From the NCBI GenBank assembly GCA_013115125.1, contig JABANN010000167.1:1-58416 (forward strand): a stretch of 58,416 nucleotides of DNA, given 5' to 3'. The notes beneath the pieces were generated by a model that made no database searches, was not told the origin of the DNA, and was given only the letters and a program-made list of their open reading frames with translations. The translations under genes and the position numbers were made by a program. This DNA comes from Perkinsus olseni. Taxonomy: Eukaryota. Of this stretch, positions 1 to 11,053 are shown piece by piece; the stretch's first letter is position 1; each line of letters starts with the position of its first letter.

Positions 1-916
1 CCCCATATGTTCCCTCCCAATCGCGATCGCGCGCGCCTCGCTTTAAACTCGCCCAATAAATTGACCGGTCAATAAAAGATCTAACGGCGACGGGGGCTGT
101 GGGAGACTGCCACTGCACTTGACAGAAGCGCTCCCAGCGTCGGATAAGGGAGGTGGTGGTAGTGCAGTCACTCTCGGAACCCGTGAATGGCGGGTTGTTC
201 TTAGTCCAAAGCTCACCCATGTTTGTTGCTTGCACTGCCATACGGTTCAGCTCGCTGTGGGGAATGTTATCGTCAGCTCCCGTGTTGGCAGTAGGGGTCA
301 GAGGGATCTGGCGCCATTCACCGTTGGCGGATAGGACCGTAATGAAGTCGTTGGCAGAGGTTGGCGGGTGGTGGGGTTTCTTCTCAGCGGAAGTAGGTCT
401 CGCAAATGAGTACTCCGTAGGGAACCGTGGAGAGGAGTATCCTTCTGCTTGACCAGTGTAGTGGTAGCTCCGAGGAAGCGATGTTTCATGGGGCTGGGCG
501 GAAGGCTCGTTAGTAGGCGCGGCCTGGTCAAAGGCGTGACATTGGTTGTAGCTCACCGTGTAGTCGAAGAGTTCATCGTGGCCCAGGGATGTAGGCTGGT
601 TGGCATAGTCTGCTTCTTGTGCGGGAGGGCACCTTGTCAACAGTGGTCCGGGTGGAGGCTGGCTCGAGGTAGAGGTGAGTGGCCAGGTAGGGACGGGGTC
701 AGCGGTGGCTTGGTGCTGTCCGGTTGTCTGGGCGTAGTCGACTTGCGGTGTGGGTGCTCGCTGAGATTGGGGAGTTTGCTGTTGCCGGCGCCGGAGTTGG
801 GGTTGCAACTCCGACAGAGTGTAGGTGTAGGGGTGGTAGTCGGGATGCTGTGCTAGCCGTGGGGAGCGGCGCGGGTAACAGACGGTTCTCGGATGATTGT
901 GCTGATCATCGGTCAT
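1..916 (-). mobile_element. Retrotransposon Gag-like ORF (5' part; runs off the left end of the window)
   Basis: Manual translation from ATG at 916 stays open to position 1 (~305 codons, no intron). It is absent from the ORF track because it has no stop in the window. Pro/Gln/Thr-rich N-terminus (MTDDQHNHPRTVCYPRRSPRLAQH...) is followed by NPPFTGSESDCTTTTSLIRRWERFCQVQW...IYWASLKRGARD, resembling the P-x-F-x-G...RFE...L-x-G-x-A pattern of Ty3/gypsy capsid N-termini. Confidence 0.6.
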
Positions 917-969
917 GATGAATGGGAACGCAAGTCCACAGGAGTGTGGATATAAAGAATAATCTTAGT

Positions 970-1166
970 TTTGTATTACGTGCCATGTTCTACACTGCGA
1001 CGGTTTCACCCTTAGGCGAGCGAGTCTATATACGGATCTTTGCAGTGAGAAATGGCGAGGACACAACAGCGTTCGGCAGACGCACACTCGCCGTCGTCAT
1101 ATACCAGAAATCCACTGAGTTAGCTACTCAAGTTGCCATCTCAAGTGATCTTTAGCACGCCTTACA
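970..1166 (-). mobile_element. Possible 5' LTR (1166-986) and primer-binding site (TGG from 985)
   Basis: Minus strand reads TGTAAGGCG...GTGTAGAACA|TGGCACGTAATAC about 70 nt upstream of the Gag-like ATG, i.e. TG...CA ends followed directly by TGG. The second LTR is not in the window, so the left boundary is a guess. Confidence 0.3.
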
Positions 1167-1411
1167 TTGAGGATCTCCTTAAACTTGCGAAACAAGGTTA
1201 GTACTTCTAGCAGTCACCTTAAGTATCTCTCTAAGTTGCTCCTAAACTAAGGGGCCATAGTTCAAGTTATGACCAGTGTGCTACGATCATCATCGGCTTG
1301 TCACGCGCCACGAAATTCAATAATTCTGCGTCGCGGAAGACAAGGAAGTGTTCCGCATATCCCTCTCATTCGTCGTTAGCCCCTCTTTCGTAGCTCATGG
1401 GCAACCTCAGT

Positions 1412-4005
1412 TCAACGAGGGACGCTAATGTGGAGGATCTCGTGAAGCGATTCGGATGCGACTTTTGTGTACCAGATAGGAGGCTTCATCGTCGCAGTGC
1501 GCATCGGTAAGGAGCCTCCGCCGCCGCTACCGCTGTGCTTACGGTTCCACCGTAGAACTCCTGGCCCTATGCATTGGCTCGGTACGGTGAGGAATACAGG
1601 CCTGCTTGTTATTTCGGCACGGTCTGGAAGACAGAGGGTGGACTTGGGTATGATCCTCTCGTTACTTATTCTTCCACTCGAGTTTTCGTCAATTAGGTTC
1701 GGAAGAAGAGCGGCTGTCGGCATTTTCTGAGAGGATCAGAAACTCCCACGAGATGCTCCTGCGGCGGAAGCTAGCTCTCGATGTGACTGCCTGAATGGGC
1801 CCTGTGCTACTGTCTTCAATCCTGCTTGTTTACTGAGTGGATCCAGTCCTCTGTGTCCAGGGGCTCTTGGCTCCTCCTTGGTCCTAGTCCACGGTATTAC
1901 TCCCTGTCAGGCGATTGGTGCCGTCAGGAGCGAATTGGAAAGTGAAGGAAAGGGGTACACGAATGATCAGACTCGAATAACGGGAAGGTACAATCGTCAC
2001 GGCGGATAGAGCCATCCACCAGCCACTGCGCAGGAGTGCTGCTGCTGCTGGGTCCCTTCTTCTTCCGCTGGGCACCTCTCCAGAGGCCGACACACCCCGC
2101 ACACTACGGGAATGGGCAGCAGATGTAGAGGCTCGCTTTATGAGGGCAGAGGGTTATGCTCCTGGGTGAGGGTGTTCACTCGCCTCTAGCTCAGCGATTT
2201 TTCGTTCAGGTCCCTGGGTACAGCGTTGGAGCGCCTTGAGTGCGACCTAGACCACCAGATGGAATTTGAAGATGTAGTACGGGCAGAGGTATCCCTCTTC
2301 ACCCTGCTGTGCATGCGTGCAGGCGTGTCCAGTGCTCCGGTCGGGACTGGGCGTCTTGGGGCAGCAGGAAGGGCAGAGAGTTGCTCGGATGGCTCGTGAA
2401 CTGCGGTTGGCCAAGAATACCTACGCCAATTCCGCTGCTGTTGCTAGGCTGGCGTTCAAAAAGATGGACGTTGTAAGAAGGGCGCGGTGTTGTCTGTTCT
2501 ACTGTTGTCACCTTTTAGGACGCGAAAGGCTTTATCACCCTCACTGATGTGAGGATGCTTTTCGAAGAGGGACAGGTCACTGGGTACAAAAAGGGTCCCT
2601 CAGTAATATTAGGTTGATGATGACTGGTTACCCCAGGTCTAGCACACCGGTATTAGCGTGCTCTGGAGGGGAGTTTCGAGGCTGGGGCTCTCTCATGGAA
2701 GCAGCGACGGGGCCTGATTCGAATTCGGACGTCGCGGAAGGGAGAGAAGTTGTCTTTCCATTGGGATTGCTGGACCCTGAGGAGCTCTTCTCTTTCCTAG
2801 ATAGAGACAAACATACCGGTCTTGTAGGTCTCAGACATGATGTCGCTCGTGTTCACGCATCTCTGTAGCTACGGCAAGAGGAGTTCGTCATGAACTGCAC
2901 ACCGCAGCTCACTTCAATACTGGACCTCATCCTCAGTAGGAGGAAGCGATCGAGGCATAGATTTAGGTGATGAGCCACCCAGACGAGGCGCGCTTAAGAA
3001 GCTCTTCGTAGGTATCCGTTTGCGTAGGGGCCTTGGCTTTTGCCCATTCGTCTGTGATCATGATCCATGCTCTGTTGTTACTAGATGACGTTATTCACTA
3101 CCGTTCCGGCTTGGGTTTGATCACACAGTAAGTAGGGATGTGGCTGGGACTGGTGGGCTTCTCAGTTGTTTTGTTATACTAATAATGAGTAGCAGTACTT
3201 TAGAGGAGGCGGTGCGTGAACTACAGCTGGTGGACGACATGGGGGACCCAGTGAAGGTTGAGGATTACTACATCATGGACAGCGAACAGGATAAGGACAG
3301 GCTCATGGTAGTGACTCGACAAGGCTCGGCAGTTTGCGGTATTACACTGTGCTAGGGATATGGAATGTTACAACGAGAATCGATAGGACATAATCAATCA
3401 GCGGGTGGCCGAGTCGTATTAGGTGGTCTAGTGGATCGTGGCATTGCCATACTGCAGCATTCTGGGCTGTATTATGAGATCGAACCTGGTTGAGGGGTCT
3501 GAGCTCAACATTTGACTGGCTATAGATCACTATTCGGATCGGCCTTTCAGCGATACATCGACACATTCGCCCCGGAGAACAAGGGCAAGGCAGGAGTTGC
3601 CCTTACCTGCCAGAACGCCGACGGTGACACGGTTGAGTAGTACACTGAGGGGCATGACTACCCATGTCGCATGGCTCATTCGGGCAGGTACGTTTGTGTC
3701 GATGATGGTACTGGGGTTTTGACGCCGATGATGGGCACATGCCAAGTGATGTAGGTTTCGGTTCTACTCAGCTGGGGAGGACGTCCGGCGGCTCTTAGGT
3801 ACTCCGAAGAACCCTGTACACGATTTCTCGAATACAATTTCAAAGACGACCAGACTTGGAGGCAATCCCAGGTCACCTTGGACCCCGTCTTGCAGTTTAG
3901 AGACAAGAAATTCGGTACTAGAGGGGTAGGATAATCCTTGGAGAGCTGCTCACCGTCGTGAGGGCTGCGGCTAATAAAACTCCGTCGTAGTGTCGGGCTT
4001 GTCAT
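1412..4005 (-). CDS. Probable multi-exon hypothetical protein gene(s)
   Basis: Minus-strand open segments with protein-like composition (e.g. ITDEWAKAKAPTQTDTYEELLKRASSG, VALKALQRCTQGPERKIAELEA) flanked by GT..AG. No recognisable family; structure not resolved. Confidence 0.25.
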
Positions 4006-4168
4006 GTCACTGTTATTGCCTGTAGCTATTTGGAAGGAGCAGTTAGAGCAGCCTGTCTGTGAAGCTGCATTCAGACGCCTTCTTCAGCTCGGCCTTGTCA
4101 CCACCGTTTTCGACAAGTAATTCTCATTCGTCGTTCTCCAGCTTCCGAACTCGGCACCATCCAGGCAC

Positions 4169-4508
4169 ATGTTTCCCACGCCTGAGCATCTGGTGGATCA
4201 CTACCGCGTAGAGGATGAGAACACTGGCAAGTTGATCGACCTCCCGCACCCCGTAGGTCTCCTATCGTTGACTAGCTTCAACCTAGGATTCTCGCCTTGG
4301 CATCTTGCAGGTTAGCGGCCTTAGACTGTGGAATGCCAGTACTCGGTCGTACGAGTGTATAGATCCCCACCTAGCGGGTGCCCCACGCGGAGAGGAGGAG
4401 GCTCACAAGGTTTGGGAGGGCATGCTTGATGAGTTCAGACAACAGCAGGGCGCGGAGTACATCAACCAGCTCCTGGCCGGTCACAGGGTCGTAGCTGCTG
4501 ATGACTAG
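4169..4508 (+). CDS. Small hypothetical protein, 2 exons (~93 aa)
   Basis: MFPTPEHLVDHYRVEDENTGKLIDLPHP | gtag...cttgcag intron | VSGLRLWNASTRSYECIDPHLAGAP...VVAADD* splices in frame. Confidence 0.55.
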
Positions 4509-4876
4509 GCTCCCCCTCCTGCTGTGATGCGGGGGTGGTGTGGGCAGTTATTATTATCCTGTTTATTCATCATCCTGCACGACCGTTTCGAACGCGAAAA
4601 GATTGTCTATTGAAAGCGTTAGAGGCCCTGTGTTTAGAGTAGGCGTCTTTTTCTGTCCGGTCCCCATCGTATCATGTTGTTCGCGCAGCTTTATTCGAGC
4701 ACATCTCACATGTCGATCTGGGAGGCGGCTCCCCTACTGCTACTGGTCCTATCATCAATGCCAGTCCTAGCGGTAGAGGCTGTTACACTCGGCGGTGGTA
4801 GTGTCCAATGACAGCCCATCTGTGCCAGTCGGAGCTGTTGCTGATCCCTTCATGCTTCCTAGGTTTCCTGAGTGGC

Positions 4877-7480
4877 ATGGACGATTCTGAATCATCAACC
4901 GGTCTTGAGACGCCTTCCTTTTCTTTATCTGCCATACCGTGGTCCGCCTGGCTATGGTGGGTTCTGATAGCGTAAGCTCTAGCGTTACGGGTTGGAGACA
5001 ATCCGGACACCGCCCAGGTACATGTTCAAAGCGCAGGCTACTATCTGTGATGACTACTTTGTGGAGAGTATCAAGGTAGTACCACCGAAGGGTATTGACC
5101 AGGCCTATGGAACCCACGCAGGTCGTTGTGGCGCGGTATCATATCCCTGAGGACGTTGCAGGGGCAACTCTGATGGCCTTGGGCTGTAATGGCCCAGAGC
5201 TCTTCACCAACTTTATCTCGATATTCATAACTCACTCGGATGTGGGCATTGGTAAGAGCAGCAGCGTGGTAGTAATAGCATGCTTTGGTTACTATTATTC
5301 CCTTCAGGCACTATTGTCGGCTCCGAAATTTTCAATCTCCTAGCCATAATAGGGGGGTCGGTGCTGGTGGCCCCTCAGCTACCTCTGTGGATCCAGAAGG
5401 CTTCATTTGTACGGGATGTTAGTTTCTACACCTTGTCCATTGTAAGAGCTCATGAATCGGTGAAGGTATGGTATTGGAGAATCTCAGGTGTTGTTGACGA
5501 TAACCCTATGGGATGGTCATGTATCACCATTGGAAGCCTCGATACTTCTCACTTGTGCCGCGCTGTTCGCGATTGTTGTTGCTTTCACTAGGAGGATTAC
5601 CGCTTGGATTGAGCAGCTGAAGGCTGGTAATAGGGATTGCCGGCCCGTCCAGGTCTAGACGACAGCAGTGTACTGTCTTCACGTAGATTCGCTGAAGCTC
5701 CCTCTATTGGATGAGGAGACGGCGGAGGAGCCAGGCTGCCCCCAGGACGTTCCGGCGCCTGCTAATGACGGAGAGCCTGTCAAGAGAGCCCTGCCGGTGA
5801 AGGTGATTGGGAGATCTCCTACTGTCTTGATGTGCATGGGATATGATCAGGCTATCGTGCCCCCCATGGGCGAGGCAGCTGCGATGTTTGGTCAGCTGCC
5901 GATGGAGATACAGGTGCGGAAGGGGTATTTCGTAGCGCGCGAAGTTGCAGGAGTTGGTGGTAGGTAAGAAATGTGGCGTATCACCTGTACCACGCCTCAA
6001 CTCCGCGTGCGAGGGTCGAGACGGGATACCGAGAGGAGAGCTGCGGCCAGCTGGTGAGGCCTGCTGCTCCCCACCGCCGTCCCCGCAGTGTTCCTGTTGT
6101 AGACGATCTCTACAGTAGCAAGCCGCGATACACTGAGCTGCGAAGGGGCACTGCCGGCGTCGTCTCATTATCATCAACTCTCGCCAGGAACGCCACCTTC
6201 GGAAGCGGCAAGGTGGGGCTGTTGCGCCAGATTAAGCAGCCGGGGATCTTGACGATGCTCTCAGGTCGTCAAGTAGCGTTGCTCGCTCCGTGTCGGACGA
6301 GATGGATGGTACTCGCGTTGTGACGCCGATCGCCTGCCGCTCTGTTGGGGGCGATACACTGGTTGAGGTTGAAGTATCCTGGAACTACCAGGGGAGGTCC
6401 TCGGATAATAGGGTCACCCTGCTCATCGACGCCGAGACCCCTTCGGTGAGGGAGGCTGCCTTTGTTGCCATAGAAACGAGGCTTGGTGTTTCAGGAGAAG
6501 GAGAGGCTACTGTTTGAGCTGGCCGGTGTGATAGAACAGCAGTATGTAGGAGGGTGGAAGCCCTGCTTGCGCCGGTAGTAACTGCTGAGTACTCGGGTGA
6601 AGCCTGAGTCCTTGTTGCCAGGCTTCGTGATCAGCTCAGAGCCGATGATGGGGGTGGACTCGTCTGGAGAGGGTTCCGGAAAGTAGTGCCACTGGTGTAG
6701 TGGATGATGGACAGGATTCTCTGATAGGCCTCGCATTTACTATGCTTCCCGATCTATTTTTGTCTGGCCATGTCTATGGGGTTCTGTGACGTCCGAGACC
6801 CGTCCAAGGAGGCCAGATGGCTGCCGGGCTTCTTGCTCTCTATGGCATGGCTAGCAGTAGATTGGACATCGTTGCCCGGCTATGCTCACCTCCCGCCCTC
6901 TGCAGGTCTTCTCCTACCTCATGTGCTACTCAGCTGACCGCATCACGGAGTCCTTCGGTATATCGTCAGCTCTGATGGGCGTCACAGTGTGCGCTGTCGG
7001 TACCAGCTTCCCCAACTTCTATGCTAGTCTTATCATGGCGAAGGCCGGCAGGTAGGCTGGAACTCTCCCTCACAGACTCGCCTAGTGCCTGTACTTCTCA
7101 GGTCCTCTATGGCCATTGCCAATGCCCTGGGTTCTAACATCCAGAATATCTTTATAGCTCTCGCTCTGCCGTGGATAGTCCGGACCATGGTCCCCAGCCC
7201 TCATCTCTTCTTCGTCGGATCGGCAGGTATGTTGGGGCTGTCTGCCGACTGCGGACTCGAGTTGTCAGGTATCTTTGCGAACGTGCTTGCTATGGCAGTG
7301 ACGCTGCTGGTGCTCCTAGTGCTTGTTGCGAGAGGCAGGATGGCTCTTGACCGTAGGAGGGTTCGGGCTGATCAACGATAGCTCATCTTGAGAGGGAGTC
7401 CTGTGTCCTCAGGTACAGCCGGATACGTCCTTATTGGTGCGTACGTCATCTATCTTGGCTATGCTATATGGCAATCCTAA
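4877..7480 (+). CDS. Ca2+/cation antiporter (NCKX/SLC24-like Na+/Ca2+ exchanger), multi-exon
   Basis: Spliced exons give ATICDDYFVESIKVVVARYHIPEDVAGATLMALGCNGPELFTN...VGIGTIVGSEIFNLL (alpha-1 repeat), RDVSFY, and MGVTVCAVGTSFPNFYAS...AIANALGSNIQNIFIALALPW (alpha-2 repeat); ends YLGYAIWQS*. Confidence 0.9.
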
Positions 7481-8079
7481 TTTGTGAAAGACTCTGTTCA
7501 CTAACCTCTCCTGTGCAATACTCCCCATGTCTTTGTCGCCCAACTGGTCCCTTCAAGATCGTCTTGACAACGCTACTGCTGCTGCTGCTGCTGTTCTTAC
7601 TTCTTGTCGTCCGGACGGAATACCATCTACCAGCCTGCCCTCCCAAGGCACTGCGGGCAGACAGCGGCGGCACTGTACCACCCTGGCCCCAATTCTACCC
7701 AAGTCCGTGTGAATGGCTTGGAAGCTTTCATAATACGTATACTCGAGTGCTCGTCCAAGGGCCACAGCTAACAAGGTCTCATCCAGTATAGCACTGGAAA
7801 GATCGATCGAGGCCCGCGAACGGCCATCGGCCTATCAGATCCCAACTGCACCACCCTCCTGTGTTTTCATATACGTCTTCTTCTGATCAATCCGCTTTTT
7901 ACGACTTCCCTGTCGTGTTGAGTGCCTCGCCAATTCTCGTGATGAGGGGGATGTGCGGTATGTTCGGGTGGCAAATAATCGTGGATGGGCTGTCCGGGAG
8001 GCACCAGCCCTATGTGGTTGGTCACTGCCGCCCTTGATAGATTTGTCTCTCGTTCCCGCCAAGTCATCTTGCTCCCCGC

Positions 8080-10722
8080 ATGAATTTGACCGCCGACGAA
8101 GCCGAATGTGGTCGATGGACGCTTTGCCTGTGGTGGATGCTCCTTCTGTACGCTCATATCCTCCTCACTCCTCGAGGCCCACCCACGTCCAGCGTCACGT
8201 CAGGTACTGCCTGAAGGGGCAGTCCAGCGTGTGTAACCAGCATCTGGTCATTGCATGTCGAGTAAGATGCCCCCTATCACGAGAGCCACTCCCACTGACG
8301 TCGTCGTCGTCGTCGTCGTCCTCAGGGTATCATGCAACGATTACACCTGGCGAGCGGGCGGAGGGCCCCCATAGGATGCCTCTTGGTCTCGATTGCTTCA
8401 GTCGCCCCGGAGCTCTCCACCAACATATCTGCCGCTGTGATCGCACAACCAACGATCGGTGTCGGTAGGGACGCAGTACCCTAGATCATACCACTCGCGC
8501 TTGGACGGCCTCAACTTTACTATGTACGAGGTCCTGCTCCCTTTTAGGTTGTGTGATGGGGTGCAACATGTTCTCCCTATGTGTAGTACTCGGCGCCGCT
8601 ATCCTGTCCCTCGACGGCCCTCCTCAAAAGCTCAGCTCAGTCTCCTTCATAGGGTCCGTAATCGTCTACATGCTTGCCTTGGTACGTCCCTGTCTAATGG
8701 TCACTCCCTCGCCCATTATTGTCCCCATTCAGATTGTAGTACTGCTAGGCCAGTGGGATGGGTATACCCGCAGCCCAGGGTGGTGGCTTTCGCTCACCAT
8801 CGGCATCACCTCCCTGTACGTCGTCACAGCAGGCTGCAGCAGTACCACCCAGAAGTCCTCCACCCACCGTGGGTTGCCTCCGCTCGGTAGCCTTGTCGAG
8901 GTGCGTTTGCGGTAGGTTCAAGGCTGGCCTCGCCGTTGCTTGGCAGGAACGGTCACAGCTGGCCTGTGGACGTCCAGGTGACCCCTGCGTCAGGATATAG
9001 TGTAGCCAATCTACTTGGATCAGATCTTCCTCAAAGATCGTATCTATGACTCGTCGGCCCAGGCAGGCAGGCGGCGACTGATGCAGGCGAGCGAAGTCCT
9101 CCTCACTCCCTCCTGAACAGCCCCCGTCCGCAGGTGGCCTCCCAGGGCCTTGATTTCTATCCTGTGACTTGGCAAGGTGTCCGGAACGGAAGGGTGTCTC
9201 AAGAGAGCGTTGTCAAGGAGTCTCGAAGACGTAAGGCGGGTCTCTCCACGACACGGGACCGGCGGCCTGCGCATCCCTTTACAGTGGTCCTCATACTGTG
9301 CAGTTACACTTCAACACGGAACACGAGGTACACCGACCCACTCTGATCTGTAAGAGCATGTGTCTCTCATGTGTTCTATTGAAGGCTTCGTTTCTAGTTG
9401 GCTCACCAGCCTACGATAGTGACCTTCCACCGCAGCACGACCCTCCTGCCGGGTACGTAGTGCTTCCAAATCCCGGCCGGAAGGCATCCTTGGCGCCACT
9501 CCGTATTATTGATGTCCCTCCCATCCTCAGGCCGGCCACATGGAGGATATATTATTCTCGGATAGCCTTTGCTCGAGACCTTCGGGGGCCACAGTGTCGG
9601 ATCGCCCTCTCCCTGCTCAGCGACCTTGGCGATGCTTCCATTGTGGAAATGTCAACGCGAGATGACGAGGTAAGCTTGTCCTCAGTCAAGTCTCGAGGGG
9701 AGCGCTCTTCATGCACCGCTGTGTGTCTCAGGCGAAGAGCGCCGTACTGAGTGAGCTGAGTGCTCGAGGCATCGAGATTGTAGCTGACGATGGTCCCCTC
9801 TGTATGGCGCTGCCAAAATTATTGTGGGGACCGATAGAAGCGTGTGCAATGAGATGCTGCCGTGGCAGGTCTGCAGTCTGCTCGAGTCGTGCATCTATAG
9901 GAGGAGAGAAGGAGAGCACCATGCTGTTGTGGTTTAGAAGGGTGAGCCTTCCGAGGGCCACTGCCTCCTTGGGTCGATCGGCGTTCGTCCAGGTGCGGTA
10001 TTCTCTTGGCGCCCCTGTGGATCTGCCACTGCATTTTACCCTTGGGCTGTGGACTGCCGGCTGTCTAACAGGGGCCATCGGAGGAGGCCTAGCTGTCATC
10101 ATCATATCCTGCGCTTGGCTCATGGTGGGCTCTGGCCAGTGCTGTGCCCTAGTCGAGACCGCCTTGTAGGCGTTTTCCCTGGGCTCCTGCGTAGCATTGG
10201 TGGCCATTGCGGACTCTTCTAGCTTTCCTCTGTCCTTGATGAGTTTGACTGTCTATTCGATCGGTCTTATTCTGGGCAATCTCTGGACCAGTACCACAAC
10301 TTTGCGGCTTCATAAGTAGGATAAATCCCCATGCACCAGCCCGCTTCAGTGCGCTTGGCAGGTCACGGCGTAACGTGGTAGACGTTCTGAACTACGGGGC
10401 TCGTAGTATCTACCTAGCCCTCGCCCTTCCTCTAGCCTTCAAGGCCGGGATCGCCGTCACAGGTAGGATCATCACTCCTCACGCGTCAACAGCACCGGTC
10501 TTGCTCAGCCCCTCACCGCGAGACTTTAGTGTGGCTGGTGGTGGCCTTGGTGACTCTTGTTATCCTTGCTAGGCTCGAGGGAATGGCATTGACACGTAAG
10601 TGCTGTGATTGGCAGCAGCATCTCTTCGAGCTGTCTTGATAGTAGGTATCACGGGATGCACTATGATGATGCTGTACTTTTTGTATTGTTTTTATCTCAT
10701 GAGTACCCTGAATGCAGCTTGA
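8080..10722 (+). CDS. Divergent Ca2+/cation antiporter paralog with degenerate alpha repeats, multi-exon
   Basis: Splices to WWMLLL|YCLKGQSSVCNQHLVIACR|GIMQRLHL...GCLLVSIASVAPELSTN...IGV|GCVMGCNMFSLCVV and MSLTVYSIGLILGNLWTS...VVDVLNYGARSIYLALALP...MMMLYFLYCFYLMSTLNAA*. Collinear with the upstream exchanger, with matching intron positions. Confidence 0.75.
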
Positions 10723-11053
10723 TCTACCAGCTACCACCACGCTTGTTGTCCCAACAGTTTCCACTTTACCTCATCGAATTGCGTTCTGGAAGAAAGGCGA
10801 CCGTTGGCTTCGTCCGGATTTGTCGCGCATGGCTTTGACGCACTTGCGTAGCCTCCTCCTACCGATGCGTTTGCCATGCGACTGCCACGTTCGGAATGCG
10901 GCATGAGTTTGATGGGGGGGGGGGGTGGATTCAACCTTGCCTGCGTCGTTCAGGACTGGCTCGTAATCCCTATAGAGATCTTGTCGATCATCATGGGTTT
11001 GGGTGAGGAAGAACTTTGAGTAGTCGTGGCAAGCCTGCTGGATTTGCCTGCCA

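Noticed and set aside
55-78. Palindrome ATTGACCGGTCAAT flanked by AATAAA, suggesting an element end
   Set aside because: Lies inside the open minus-strand Gag-like frame; likely chance.
7468-8000. Short ORF with poly-Leu TM-like stretch between the exchangers
   Set aside because: Poly-Leu derives from a (CTG)n microsatellite, the ATG overlaps the previous gene, and no reliable continuation was found.
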